Shown one piece after another: positions 17,070 to 26,915 of a stretch of DNA of 64,000 nt. The DNA is taken from contig CAZDZV010000006.1 of assembly GCA_964510025.1 (NCBI GenBank), positions 11,143 through 75,142 on the forward strand, in the 5' to 3' direction. This DNA is from an uncultured Methanosarcinales archaeon. Its GTDB lineage: Archaea; Nanobdellota; Nanobdellia; Woesearchaeales; DATDXC01. The notes beneath the pieces are model-generated. The model saw only the letters and a program-made list of their open reading frames with translations. It did no database searches and had not been told where the DNA came from. Every line of letters starts with the position of its first letter. The first letter of the stretch is position 1. Position numbers and translations under genes: made by a program.

Positions 17070-17882
17070 ATGGGCAGAATTCAGGAGAGATTAGAGCTAG
17101 CCTTGTCAGAATTCGCAGCTCAGGAAAAAAAGGAAAAAGAGAGTATACTATTTCTACCTTTGAGTGAAATAAAGCTTAATCCCAACAGGATAAGAAGAAA
17201 GATCAACAGAGAGGAGATTGCAGATATGGCTAACAACCTGAAGAAGTTTGGCATACTTCAGCCTCTTGAAATCAACGGAAAAAAAGAAGTGGTCCTGGGC
17301 AACAGGAGATTTGAGGCTGCAAAACTAGCTTCTTTGGAGAAGGTTCCTTGTGTAATACGCAACAGCTCAGACATCTTGGAGATGGAAAAACAGCTTGTTT
17401 CCGACCTTCACACAAAGCATCTAAGTGTGCTTGAGAGGGCAATAGCTTTTAGCACCCTTATGGAACTGAAGTCAATGACCAAATACGCGCTTGCAAAATA
17501 TCTAAATCTAAGCCACAACCTTGTATGCAGGACCTTGGCGCTGCTGAAAGCAAATGAGAATACCATGAGATTGATCAGGCTAGGCAGAATCAGCCAGAGA
17601 AAGGTAGCTATGGTTTTGTATAGGCTGAAAGACAAAAAAATGGAAGATTTCGTGATTCAGGAGATAATAGGCAGAAAGATGAATATAGTTCAGGCAGGAA
17701 ATTTCATAGCAGAGATAAATGATCCTGAGATATTCAAGAAGCATTTCTTGACAAGAATAAAGGCTTTCAAAACAACAGTGATGCACTTTAGGGAAAAGCT
17801 CGAAAAACTCAATCTTACCGAAGAGCAAAGAAAAGAGATTCTGGAAGAGCTAAGGTCCATTGATTTCAGTGAAATATTATGA
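17070..17882 (+). CDS. ParB/Srx-like N-terminal domain protein with HTH
   Basis: LPLSEIKLNPNRIRRKINREEIADMANNLKKFGILQPLEI ... GNRRFEAAKLA (ParB box II-like GxRRxxAA) and a downstream HTH (KYALAKYLNLSHNLVCRTLALL). Confidence 0.6.
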   Translation: MGRIQERLELALSEFAAQEKKEKESILFLPLSEIKLNPNRIRRKINREEIADMANNLKKFGILQPLEINGKKEVVLGNRRFEAAKLASLEKVPCVIRNSSDILEMEKQLVSDLHTKHLSVLERAIAFSTLMELKSMTKYALAKYLNLSHNLVCRTLALLKANENTMRLIRLGRISQRKVAMVLYRLKDKKMEDFVIQEIIGRKMNIVQAGNFIAEINDPEIFKKHFLTRIKAFKTTVMHFREKLEKLNLTEEQRKEILEELRSIDFSEIL

Positions 17883-18718
17883 AGGTTGATTTCGATTTCC
17901 ATACCCATACTGACGTATCTGATGGTAGCTTAAGCCCTTCTGCCCTGGTCAGAAAAGCCAAGCGTGAAGGATTGAGGCTTATTGCGATAACAGACCACGA
18001 CAATATTGACGGTATACCTGAAGCAGTTGAGACTGGCAGGAAGATAGGTATTGATGTCATTCCGGGTGTGGAGATTAGCATTGACTTCAAGGCTACGATG
18101 CATATGTGCGGCTACTTCATCGACATAACTGATACCCAGCTCAGAAAAGCCCTGAAGTTTGTGCAGGATGCTCGCAGAGACAGAAATCCTCAGATTATCG
18201 ATAAGCTGAACAAGCTGGGCATGGATGTGAGGATTGAAGATGTTAAGAAACATGCAGGCAGGGATCAGATTGGAAGGCCCCATTTCGCAAAAGCGCTTAT
18301 CGAGAAAGGCTATGTTACGACAAAAGAAGAGGCCTTTGAAAAATATCTGGCAAAAGGCAGGCCGGCGTATGTAGACAAGAAGCGGCTTGACAGGGAGAAA
18401 GCAGTGAAGACCATCCTGGATGCAGGAGGCACTGCTGTCCTTGCGCATCCCAAGCAGCTTCGCCTGGACACTGCCAAAGAATACAGGAAGCTTTTTATGG
18501 AGATGAAGGAATTGGGCGTCTCTGGCATCGAAGCATACTCAAGCTGCCATACAGAAGATGAAAATAAGATGTTCAGGGAGATCGCTGATGAGCTGGGGAT
18601 GCTTGTCACCGGAGGCAGCGACTTCCATGGTGACACAAAACAAGATGTTGAACTAGGGGAATTCGGAGAGAACATTGATATTGACGTGGATAAGTTGGTT
18701 GAAAAGATGAAAGCATGA
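17879..18718 (+). CDS. PHP-domain metal-dependent phosphoesterase (TrpH/YciV-like)
   Basis: FDFHTHTDVSDGSLSPSALV ... IAITDHDNIDG ... HPKQ, the PHP histidine/aspartate motifs. Overlaps the ParB-like gene by 4 nt. Confidence 0.75.
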   Translation: MKVDFDFHTHTDVSDGSLSPSALVRKAKREGLRLIAITDHDNIDGIPEAVETGRKIGIDVIPGVEISIDFKATMHMCGYFIDITDTQLRKALKFVQDARRDRNPQIIDKLNKLGMDVRIEDVKKHAGRDQIGRPHFAKALIEKGYVTTKEEAFEKYLAKGRPAYVDKKRLDREKAVKTILDAGGTAVLAHPKQLRLDTAKEYRKLFMEMKELGVSGIEAYSSCHTEDENKMFREIADELGMLVTGGSDFHGDTKQDVELGEFGENIDIDVDKLVEKMKA

Positions 18719-20118
18719 GAGAAAAGCACATTTTCTGGCTTCTGCTTGTTTTTATTGTATATATGCATTTTGAAGACCTGGTGAAGCTCTATTTCAATTA
18801 TCATCCGATAGCGCATGGGTTCAAGTATGTTTTTGCCCTGGTATTCTTCCTTATATGGATTTTTCAGATTGGGGTAGTTAATACAAGATTTACGATACCT
18901 CTGGCTGTTTATCTGTTCTTTGTATTTGTCCAGTTCATAAATCCCCTCATGTTTGGAAAACAGGGCTTTATGTTGTCGGTTATTGGGTCGCTTTACTATA
19001 TAGCATTTGTGCCCTTGTTTTTTGTTGCCCATCGGGTATTTGATATAGAAAGGCTGAAAAAGACACTATGGATTGTCTTAGGCTTGGCTTGCTTTTCAGC
19101 TCTGGCAGCGCATATACAGTTCTTCCTTGGCTGGCAGAGATACCTCCAGCTGATGCCTTACAGCCATGAGATGTTCCTGAGGACCAAAAACTTTGTTTTC
19201 CATGGGCCTTTGGCTTTCAGCGTAAAGCCCCCAAGATACTGGTATGTTGCAGGCATAATGATCAGCAGCATTTTTGTTCTTTCTGAAAAGAAAAAGCTCA
19301 TAGCTGGCTTTCTGGGCCTTAACTGCTTGCTTGCTTTGGCCCTTTCAGGAATGAGGTTTGCCATGGCAGCTTCTTTTTTTTCCCTGATGATAGTCTTTTT
19401 CTTTGGACTAAGAAAGCAGAAAATATCTAATGCGATGAGGATAGCTGCAGTTTTGATACTGCTATTGACTATGTTTTTCCCTTTCTCGATGCTTCCCAAG
19501 CAAAGGTACATTCAGTTCATCACAAATCCTGTTGGTACATATATCCAGCAAAGAGGGAGGATGTGGCCACAGTTTTTCAGGGATATCGTCAAATATCCGT
19601 TAGGCACAGGATTGAGGGCCGGAGGGCATATTGACACCGAAAGGTTTAAGGTACCTGATGTATCGATGCGTGCCGGAGAAAACTACATAGCAGTCATCGC
19701 TTCCCAGATTGGCATATTTGGGCTGATTGCAGTGCTTTGGCTATATGTTGCGATAGCCCGAAAATTCTATGAAAACTTGTCCCTGAGGAGATTCAGATAT
19801 TTTGTCAGTCTGGGCATATTTGCCCTGCTATTTTCCTTTATGTTTGAGGTGGGTTTTTTCCCGGGAGAAGGCCCGAGCTACTGGATGTTCTGGCTGTTTT
19901 CAGGTGTCTTGTTCAAAATAGATAAGATGGAGGTACAAAAGATGCGAAAAACATATTCTTTGGCTAGCGAAAGTTTTTTTCTCAGGGGAATTCCTGATGT
20001 AAGGGTATGGCTCTTACAAAGCAAATTTGTCAAGCTGGGCCATAGGATATTCTGTTGTTTCAGGAATTCAAGGTTTTTTAGGTTTATTGAGAATATAGTC
20101 AAGTATGCGGAAATTTAA
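18715..20118 (+). CDS. Polytopic membrane protein, O-antigen ligase/polymerase (Wzy_C)-like
   Basis: About 10-12 predicted TM helices with a large loop. First gene of the glycan locus; 4-nt overlap with the PHP gene. Confidence 0.5.
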   Translation: MREKHIFWLLLVFIVYMHFEDLVKLYFNYHPIAHGFKYVFALVFFLIWIFQIGVVNTRFTIPLAVYLFFVFVQFINPLMFGKQGFMLSVIGSLYYIAFVPLFFVAHRVFDIERLKKTLWIVLGLACFSALAAHIQFFLGWQRYLQLMPYSHEMFLRTKNFVFHGPLAFSVKPPRYWYVAGIMISSIFVLSEKKKLIAGFLGLNCLLALALSGMRFAMAASFFSLMIVFFFGLRKQKISNAMRIAAVLILLLTMFFPFSMLPKQRYIQFITNPVGTYIQQRGRMWPQFFRDIVKYPLGTGLRAGGHIDTERFKVPDVSMRAGENYIAVIASQIGIFGLIAVLWLYVAIARKFYENLSLRRFRYFVSLGIFALLFSFMFEVGFFPGEGPSYWMFWLFSGVLFKIDKMEVQKMRKTYSLASESFFLRGIPDVRVWLLQSKFVKLGHRIFCCFRNSRFFRFIENIVKYAEI

Positions 20119-20893
20119 GGTCCTGGTTGCCATACTATCGCTGATTGTCGTCGTGGAACTAGTTTTGAGGTTATTCGGTTTTGGGAACCCTGTGCTCTAC
20201 GTTGAGGACCCGGATATAGGGTATCTGCCGAAAGCCAATCAAAGCATATACAGGTTTGGCAACAAAATATACTACAATGAATATCATCAAAGGTCTGATG
20301 ACCTGATGGCAGATCCAGACTATAGGGTATTTATGTTGGGTGATTCTGTCCTGAATGGTGGGACCTTAATAGACCAGAAAGATACAATCAGTGAGATATT
20401 AGAGAGGCAGTTAAATTCATTCTGTAATTGTAAAGGCGAGGTCCTAAGCGCATCTGCCAAAGGATGGGCAATAGAAAATGAGTATGAATACCTTAGAAAA
20501 TTCGGCACTTTTAATTCAAGTCTGATTATATGGGTGATAAATGAAGGTGATTTGTACCAAAAAAAGAATTTGGGCCGAGACTATCCGTCAAAACCTTACT
20601 TATTTGCTTTGTCTAAGGTATTTTTCCACTATCTGCGCCCGAGAAAATCCGCTTCTGGATCCCAGAATCCGCCGTTGTCCTTTCTTTCACTTTTGAAGAC
20701 TGACTCTCAAGTCGTTATAGTGCAAATACCTAAAAGAAGATCTACTTCAGGAAAGCTGGATATTCAATTAGAAAGAATTGATATCAGGCTTAGTGACAAT
20801 GCGTACAGGGATGATATCCACCTTAACAGGCAAGGCAATTATATTGCCAGTGAAATTATATTTTCCACTATTAAGGACAAAATATTAGACTGA
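20105..20893 (+). CDS. SGNH/GDSL-like hydrolase (possible glycan O-acyl esterase/transferase)
   Basis: N-terminal TM anchor, then FMLGDSVLNGG (a GDSx block). Confidence 0.45.
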   Translation: MRKFKVLVAILSLIVVVELVLRLFGFGNPVLYVEDPDIGYLPKANQSIYRFGNKIYYNEYHQRSDDLMADPDYRVFMLGDSVLNGGTLIDQKDTISEILERQLNSFCNCKGEVLSASAKGWAIENEYEYLRKFGTFNSSLIIWVINEGDLYQKKNLGRDYPSKPYLFALSKVFFHYLRPRKSASGSQNPPLSFLSLLKTDSQVVIVQIPKRRSTSGKLDIQLERIDIRLSDNAYRDDIHLNRQGNYIASEIIFSTIKDKILD

Positions 20894-20937
20894 AAATCAG
20901 CCGATTATTGAAAAGTCTCTGCTAAAATAATCATAAG

Positions 20938-21762
20938 ATGGAAGGATATTTGATAATAGCAGCTTACCAACAAAAGTTCCTTGAGATGGCCTCGAATCTA
21001 GCACTATCGATAAGGTTGAAGGATGACAGGCCAATAGCAATCGCAGTTAAGGACATTAAGGTTGATCCAGGCTCTAAAAGAATATTTGATCACATAATTG
21101 AGATACCGCATGAAAAGTCCAGAAAGGCGCATCTTAATAAGTTTATTATGAATGAACTTACCCCTTTCAGCAAAACGATGTACATTGATGCAGATTGCCT
21201 AATGGTCAAGGATGATATTTCTATTATTTGGAAAAAGCTAAAGAAATACAATTTCACAGTACAGGGGACCAAGGTGGAATATGGAAACCATAGAGGGATT
21301 GACGTTTTAAATGTCAAAGACAAACTTGGCATTCCTTATTTTGTAAAGTCAAATAGCGGATTAATTTATTTTGATAAAACTAAAAAAACAAAGAAAGTTT
21401 TTGAGAAATTGAATTGGTATTTGTTGAAAGATGAAAAGATACTGCGTGTTCCATTTCGCGGTCAAATCAAAGATGAGACTTATATCGGTGCTGTAATGGG
21501 GCACCTTGAGCTTGAACCATTTCCAGTTGTATTTAGACATTATTTTCAGCTCAAGCAATGGATGCAGTGTGTATCAGCTAGGTATTGTGCAGAGATCGAT
21601 GTTTTGAAAGGAAAATCCAAGATAACCTTCCGAGATGGCCATACTGATAGCCCAACGGTCGCGCACTTTGTCGGCTTTGTAGGCAAAAGGCAGCTTTATT
21701 TAAGGGAATCGAATAGGCTAAGAAAAGAATTTGGATTTTCTAAAAATAAGATTTTATGCTGA
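20938..21762 (+). CDS. GT8-like DxD nucleotide-sugar transferase (paralog family 1 of 3)
   Basis: YLIIAAYQQKFLEMASNLALSI ... KTMYIDADCLMV. GT-A DxD architecture shared with 26088-26915 and 26912-27667. Confidence 0.35.
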   Translation: MEGYLIIAAYQQKFLEMASNLALSIRLKDDRPIAIAVKDIKVDPGSKRIFDHIIEIPHEKSRKAHLNKFIMNELTPFSKTMYIDADCLMVKDDISIIWKKLKKYNFTVQGTKVEYGNHRGIDVLNVKDKLGIPYFVKSNSGLIYFDKTKKTKKVFEKLNWYLLKDEKILRVPFRGQIKDETYIGAVMGHLELEPFPVVFRHYFQLKQWMQCVSARYCAEIDVLKGKSKITFRDGHTDSPTVAHFVGFVGKRQLYLRESNRLRKEFGFSKNKILC

Positions 21763-22667
21763 ATAGACCAAGTTGTACATTATCATTCTTCGTGGCAAGA
21801 ACAGATGTCTCATTTATGATGCATACCATACCCCATCTGGTGCGGATGGCTAATTATCCATTTAGTAAAAAAATTATTTTTGTAGATTCAAAGGATCTGA
21901 AAAGCGACAAGAAAAACCGGGCTAATATAGGGACACTAGAAGAAGTCAGAGATAAATGCAAGGAGCTGCAAGATCAGAATATAATTGATGAGATTATTGA
22001 CTTTGATTATACACATCCTATCGTAGCAGAGACATACAGAAAATATTTTGAAAAAAATTTGAGACATACCCATAATTGGAAAGGTTACCCGGTATATGGA
22101 AATCTTTTTGCAATTGAAAACTGCGATTCAGATTATTTATTGCATTTTGATAGCGACATACTAATGTATCAAGACAACAATTTTAGCTGGGTTGATGCGA
22201 GTATGAAGATAATGGGGGGTAATTGTAACATAGTTACGACCAGGCCCCTCGCAGGCCCATCTGAAAAATCTTCGCCAGGATATCACTTAAGCCAGACATT
22301 TGGAAGTCGATGCTATTTGATACATACTAAAAGACTTAAACAGATATTACCCCTGCCCCTTTTGGTAAGCTTCAGACGCACAAGAATACTGGATTCCTTT
22401 CCCCAGCGAATCAAAAAAAAGTTATATTTGAGTTTCGAAAAGGGCGAGCTGGATTCATGGGAATTGATGGTTGGAGCAGCGCTGAGGAAAAACAGGAAAT
22501 TTCGGGCAATACTATCTTCAGATAAGGCGTGGACTTTGCACCCAAAGGATCATGGTGAGCAATTTATTAGGTTGCTTCCCGAAATTATCCAGAGGATTGA
22601 GCATAAAGATTTTCCTTTGGAACAGGAAAAGAAATACGATCTTGATTTGAATTTATGGACTCGATAA
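21756..22667 (+). CDS. Hypothetical protein, possible glycosyltransferase (HFDSDILMY DxD-like)
   Basis: Embedded in the glycan locus with a DxD-like motif. No confident family. Confidence 0.25.
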   Translation: MLNRPSCTLSFFVARTDVSFMMHTIPHLVRMANYPFSKKIIFVDSKDLKSDKKNRANIGTLEEVRDKCKELQDQNIIDEIIDFDYTHPIVAETYRKYFEKNLRHTHNWKGYPVYGNLFAIENCDSDYLLHFDSDILMYQDNNFSWVDASMKIMGGNCNIVTTRPLAGPSEKSSPGYHLSQTFGSRCYLIHTKRLKQILPLPLLVSFRRTRILDSFPQRIKKKLYLSFEKGELDSWELMVGAALRKNRKFRAILSSDKAWTLHPKDHGEQFIRLLPEIIQRIEHKDFPLEQEKKYDLDLNLWTR

Positions 22668-23683
22668 GAAAGAAACCAAAAATATTTTTCTATTTGCCTG
22701 AGGAATATCTTCCGCAAGGCCAGATACCAGAGGATTATACAGAATTCTGGGACTACTGTGTAAAGAACTGGAATGGGTACTATGCGGGAATTCTAGTCTG
22801 GACCCTTAAGACGTACCTATTGCTTAAAGATTATGTTTCATGCAAATTAGTTACAAACATTCCTGAAAAAGGGATAATCATTGCTCATAGAAAATCCTTA
22901 CCTGCAAAACCGAAGCCGAAGCAGCTCTTTGTTTGCATCAAGGCAGATAAGTCAGTACACCCATATTCGCAGATCCATCTGGTGCAAAATTCTTGTGACT
23001 GTCTCTTCAAAAGGTCACCCGGACTGTGGCAGACATACTATGTCCCCCGTTGGCCCCAGGATAAATTGAAGCCAAGGTCAAAATCGAGAGGCACAAGACT
23101 AGAGAATGTTGGTTATTATGGGGTAAGACGGGAGCTGGCCAAAGAGTTACAGTCTAAAAAATTTGAGAGACTTATGCAATCGAACGGTTTTAAGTGGCAT
23201 ATTTTTTCCAATCCGAAGAAGTGGGTTGATTACAGCAAAACAGATGCTATTGTAGCGGTTAGGAGTTTTAAAAAACAGGGATTCAATAATAAGCTAGCGT
23301 CTAAACTATATAATGCGTGGCGAGCAGGTGTACCTGTATTATTGGGGCCAGAGACAGCTTATCAAAATGAGAAAAAAAGCCGGTTTGATTATATGGAAGT
23401 AAATTCAGCAAATGAAATAATCTCAGCACTTAAAAGCTTAAGAAAGAATCATAGGTTATACAAGCAAATGGTGAATAATGGAATTATCCGATCCAAAGAG
23501 GTCAGTCAGAATAAGATTATCGGTCTTTGGAAATCTTTTTTGGTGAATGTTGCAGTTCCTGCATATCGAAGGCACTGTAAAAATCGTATTTCCACTAACA
23601 TGTTCCTGCTGCAGAGATATTTTTATAACGTATATTATCAACTTCATTTTAAATTTAGGTCGAAAATTTTGTATGGCATATAA
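22655..23683 (+). CDS. Hypothetical glycan-locus protein
   Basis: 342 aa. C-terminal region vaguely GT-B-like (VPVLLGPETAYQNE). No confident family. Confidence 0.25.
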   Translation: MDSIRKKPKIFFYLPEEYLPQGQIPEDYTEFWDYCVKNWNGYYAGILVWTLKTYLLLKDYVSCKLVTNIPEKGIIIAHRKSLPAKPKPKQLFVCIKADKSVHPYSQIHLVQNSCDCLFKRSPGLWQTYYVPRWPQDKLKPRSKSRGTRLENVGYYGVRRELAKELQSKKFERLMQSNGFKWHIFSNPKKWVDYSKTDAIVAVRSFKKQGFNNKLASKLYNAWRAGVPVLLGPETAYQNEKKSRFDYMEVNSANEIISALKSLRKNHRLYKQMVNNGIIRSKEVSQNKIIGLWKSFLVNVAVPAYRRHCKNRISTNMFLLQRYFYNVYYQLHFKFRSKILYGI

Positions 23684-24194
23684 TAAAATATTTGGGATAG
23701 GTCTTTCAAAAACTGGGACTACATCTTTAGCTAGGGCCTTGGAGATTTTGGGATTTAGGACTGTTCACTCCCCTAGGAAGTCCTATTTATATGAGAAAAG
23801 AAGAGGCCTTCCATATTTCTCTACATTAGAAGAATATAGGGGTTTTACAGATTTTCCTTGTTGGGCAATATACAAAGAAGTGGATATTTTGTATCCGGGC
23901 AGCAAATTTATCCTAACTGTTCGAAATCCTCATGATTGGTACGTCAGCAGAAAGAAGCATTATAAAGCAAGACTGAAACAGGATATCAAACTTGATTGGG
24001 ATATGAGCAAAAAGTCAATGGATAAACTTCTGAAACATAACCAAGAAGTGATGGGGTATTTTAAGAGAAGAAAAAAAGATTTACTAGTGCTTGATATTGC
24101 AAAGGGAGAAGGTTGGGACAAGCTGTGCCGGTTCCTGCAGGTCCAAGAACCTTCCTTAACATTCCCCCACCTTAACAAGTCAGAATGTCTGTGA
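23673..24194 (+). CDS. Sulfotransferase-family protein (PAPS-dependent)
   Basis: 5'-PSB-like GLSKTGTTSL and 3'-PB-like VRNPHDWYVS. Start moved to ATG 23673 (MAYNKIFGIG...); the ORF-track start at 23547 lies inside the preceding gene. Confidence 0.6.
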   Translation: MAYNKIFGIGLSKTGTTSLARALEILGFRTVHSPRKSYLYEKRRGLPYFSTLEEYRGFTDFPCWAIYKEVDILYPGSKFILTVRNPHDWYVSRKKHYKARLKQDIKLDWDMSKKSMDKLLKHNQEVMGYFKRRKKDLLVLDIAKGEGWDKLCRFLQVQEPSLTFPHLNKSECL

Positions 24195-25051
24195 AACCTA
24201 TTGTTTCCGTGATTATACCTGTCTATAATGATTTCAGGATAGTAAAATGTCTAAAAGCTCTGAAGAATCAGACATATCCAAGAGAAAGATATGAGATCAT
24301 AGTAGTTGACAACAACTCTGACAAACACTTCCTGACAAATCTTAGGAAATATAAAATAAGATTATTGTCTGCAAAAGAAGGGACTTATGCAGCCAGAAAT
24401 AAGGGGATTAAGGCAGCCAAAGGGGATATATTAGCATTTACTGATGCTGACTGCATACCTGCAAAAGAGTGGATAGAAAAAGGGGTAGATGCTATTCGCA
24501 ATCAGGCAGCTGGATTAGTAGCAGGAAAAATTGAGTTGTTTCCAAAAGGAAACAGGCCGACCATTGCAGAGATGTTTGAAATCATTACTGGATTTAGGCA
24601 AGAACTTTATGTTAAAAAATGGCATTTTGGAGCTACAGCAAATGTCTTTACAAAGAAGCAAGTGATTAATAAGGTTGGGCCTTTTAATGATTACCTAATA
24701 TCTGGTGGTGACTTAGAATTCGGAAAAAGGATTTTTGAAGCAGGCTATATGCAAATCTATGCACCTGAAGTTATTGTCTGGCATCCGGCAAGAGGCTCTG
24801 TCTTGAAGATATTGGGAAAGCATCGCAGGGTAGTGAGGGGCATAAACTGCATACAAAAGACTAAATCCATAAAGAAATTATTGGTGGATATTAAGGATGA
24901 CTGGCCGCAGCTGGCAGATTTTAGAGAAATTTTAGGGGATCGACGCCTAAAAAAATTTAGGTTAAAGGCATCTATATTTTTTATTTTACTCCTTGTTCGT
25001 TTTGCACGAACATCACAAAGAATATTTTTTATAGACCGCAAAAATAGCTAA
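24185..25051 (+). CDS. Family 2 glycosyltransferase
   Basis: VSVIIPVYNDFRIVKCLKALKNQTYP ... YEIIVVDNNSD ... TDADCIP. Confidence 0.75.
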   Translation: MSVKPIVSVIIPVYNDFRIVKCLKALKNQTYPRERYEIIVVDNNSDKHFLTNLRKYKIRLLSAKEGTYAARNKGIKAAKGDILAFTDADCIPAKEWIEKGVDAIRNQAAGLVAGKIELFPKGNRPTIAEMFEIITGFRQELYVKKWHFGATANVFTKKQVINKVGPFNDYLISGGDLEFGKRIFEAGYMQIYAPEVIVWHPARGSVLKILGKHRRVVRGINCIQKTKSIKKLLVDIKDDWPQLADFREILGDRRLKKFRLKASIFFILLLVRFARTSQRIFFIDRKNS

Positions 25052-26091
25052 TGAGAAGGAAAGCAGCGCTTTTATTCCCAACATTCCATGGTGGAGGTGC
25101 GGAAGCAGTATGTGCCTGGATATTAGATGCTTTGAAAGGCAGATATGATATAGATTTATTCACCTGTCAAAAAATTACGGCAGAAGAACTTAACAGGTTT
25201 TATGGAACCAAATTATCCAGAAACTCGTTTAGGCTTATTTATAGCAAGCTATTCAATGCGCTTATCCGGATTAACAAAATTTTGCCTTTTGATCCTAATC
25301 TTAGAAGCAGACTGCTAAAAATTACCTTTGAAAAATTTAAGCAAGATTATGATCTTGTTATAAATGGGAAGGATGAAATAGACATCAGTGAAAAAAGTAT
25401 TCATTATATCCATTTTGCAGGCAATCTCATTAAGGGCAAACCATTGCATAAGCATCGTTACATAGCGAATTCCAGAAGTACGGCTAAGCGTGCTGGCTTT
25501 AGGGATATAGGGGTAGTCTATCCGCCCGTGTGTAAAAGGTTTAAAAAAGTTCCCTGGAAATCAAAAGAAGAAGGCTTCATAATAATAGGCAGGATTACAG
25601 AAGAAAAGGGTACACATAAGGCAATTCAAATACTGCAGAAAGTGAGGGCCAAAGGATATGAGGTTAACCTCCATATCGTAGGGACAGTTTATAATTGGCG
25701 CTATTTTGGTTTGGTGAAAAAGATGGCCAGGAAAAGGGATTGGGTGATCCTACATAAGTCAATTTCTAACTATCGGCTTAAAAAGTTGTTGGAAAAGAAT
25801 AAATATGGCATACATTGTAAAGGCGGTGAGCCCTTCGGTATCGATCCTGCGGAAGTGCTTTATTCAGGCGGCATACCGTTTGTACGTAATAAAGGGGGGC
25901 AGACTGAGATTGTCGGAGACAAAAGGCTGATATTCGGGTCCGAGGATGAGGCTGTAGAGAAGATATGCAAGGTGCTTAGCTCAAAAAAAATTCAGGCTCA
26001 TTTATTAAAAAAACTAAATAAAAGAAAAAAAATATTGGGATGCGACAGGTTTAGAGAGAATTTTTTGAAGGCTATCCACAAAATGCAATGA
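25051..26091 (+). CDS. Family 4 (GT-B) glycosyltransferase
   Basis: EX7E-type block EPFGIDPAEVLYSGGIPFV. Confidence 0.65.
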   Translation: MRRKAALLFPTFHGGGAEAVCAWILDALKGRYDIDLFTCQKITAEELNRFYGTKLSRNSFRLIYSKLFNALIRINKILPFDPNLRSRLLKITFEKFKQDYDLVINGKDEIDISEKSIHYIHFAGNLIKGKPLHKHRYIANSRSTAKRAGFRDIGVVYPPVCKRFKKVPWKSKEEGFIIIGRITEEKGTHKAIQILQKVRAKGYEVNLHIVGTVYNWRYFGLVKKMARKRDWVILHKSISNYRLKKLLEKNKYGIHCKGGEPFGIDPAEVLYSGGIPFVRNKGGQTEIVGDKRLIFGSEDEAVEKICKVLSSKKIQAHLLKKLNKRKKILGCDRFRENFLKAIHKMQ

Positions 26092-26915
26092 AGAGAGGCA
26101 TCTATCTCTTAGCAAATGACCAGGTCTTAGATAATACGCTCGCATTAATCAATAGCATACGTTTTTTTGATCCATATGCATCAATTATCATGATACCTTA
26201 CGATTGTCATGATGTCCGCATAACAACTATTCTGAGAGAGAAATATGGCATTCCGAAGTACCGGAATGATTCGCTGCTCAATAGAATTGACCTGAAAATT
26301 AAGGAGTTTTTTGGAAAGAAATTTTTTACCAGACCTAATCAGTTTAGGAAGCAAGCCTGTTGGTTTGGACCTTTTGATGAATTTCTTTATCTAGACACCG
26401 ACATTGTGGTTTTTGAAAGAATAATTAACAATCTAGAACATCTTAAAAACAAGGATTTTGTTTTTTGTGACTATCAGCACAAGAACGGAATAAAATATTT
26501 GTTTAATCCGCCAATCAAGAATGCCTTAGAAAAAGAGGATCTGAAATTTGTTTTTAACGCTGGTTTTTGGGGATCAAGAAAAGAACTGATAACAGAGCGC
26601 AAGCTATATGGCGCACTTGAAGAATGCGCCAAAAATATGAATTTTTTTGATTTTTCAGCAAAAGTTACTGATATGCCAATTTTTAATTATTTAGTTTTAA
26701 GGAAAATAAAAAAAAGAATCAATTTGGTAAGGGATCTAGAAAGAAAAGGACCAGGAAATTGGGCAGGGATGGATCATTTTATCAGAAAAGGGAACCGGCT
26801 TTTTGATCCAAATGTAAAGCAGTACCTCAAATACCTGCATTGGGCTGGGATTAATATCCAAAAAGGTTGTCCTTACTATGATGTATGGAATTACTATCGG
26901 AGATTGAATAAGTGA
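26088..26915 (+). CDS. GT8-like DxD nucleotide-sugar transferase (paralog 2)
   Basis: GIYLLANDQVLDNTLALINSI ... LYLDTDIVVFE. Confidence 0.35.
   Translation: MKRGIYLLANDQVLDNTLALINSIRFFDPYASIIMIPYDCHDVRITTILREKYGIPKYRNDSLLNRIDLKIKEFFGKKFFTRPNQFRKQACWFGPFDEFLYLDTDIVVFERIINNLEHLKNKDFVFCDYQHKNGIKYLFNPPIKNALEKEDLKFVFNAGFWGSRKELITERKLYGALEECAKNMNFFDFSAKVTDMPIFNYLVLRKIKKRINLVRDLERKGPGNWAGMDHFIRKGNRLFDPNVKQYLKYLHWAGINIQKGCPYYDVWNYYRRLNK

Noticed and set aside
23673-24194. Alternative reading of the xKxGTTSL proteins as P-loop kinases rather than sulfotransferases
   Set aside because: The downstream RNPxD(R/W)xxS block matches the sulfotransferase 3'-PB motif, and there is no Walker-B/lid arrangement typical of small kinases. 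Kept as sulfotransferase pending HMM confirmation.
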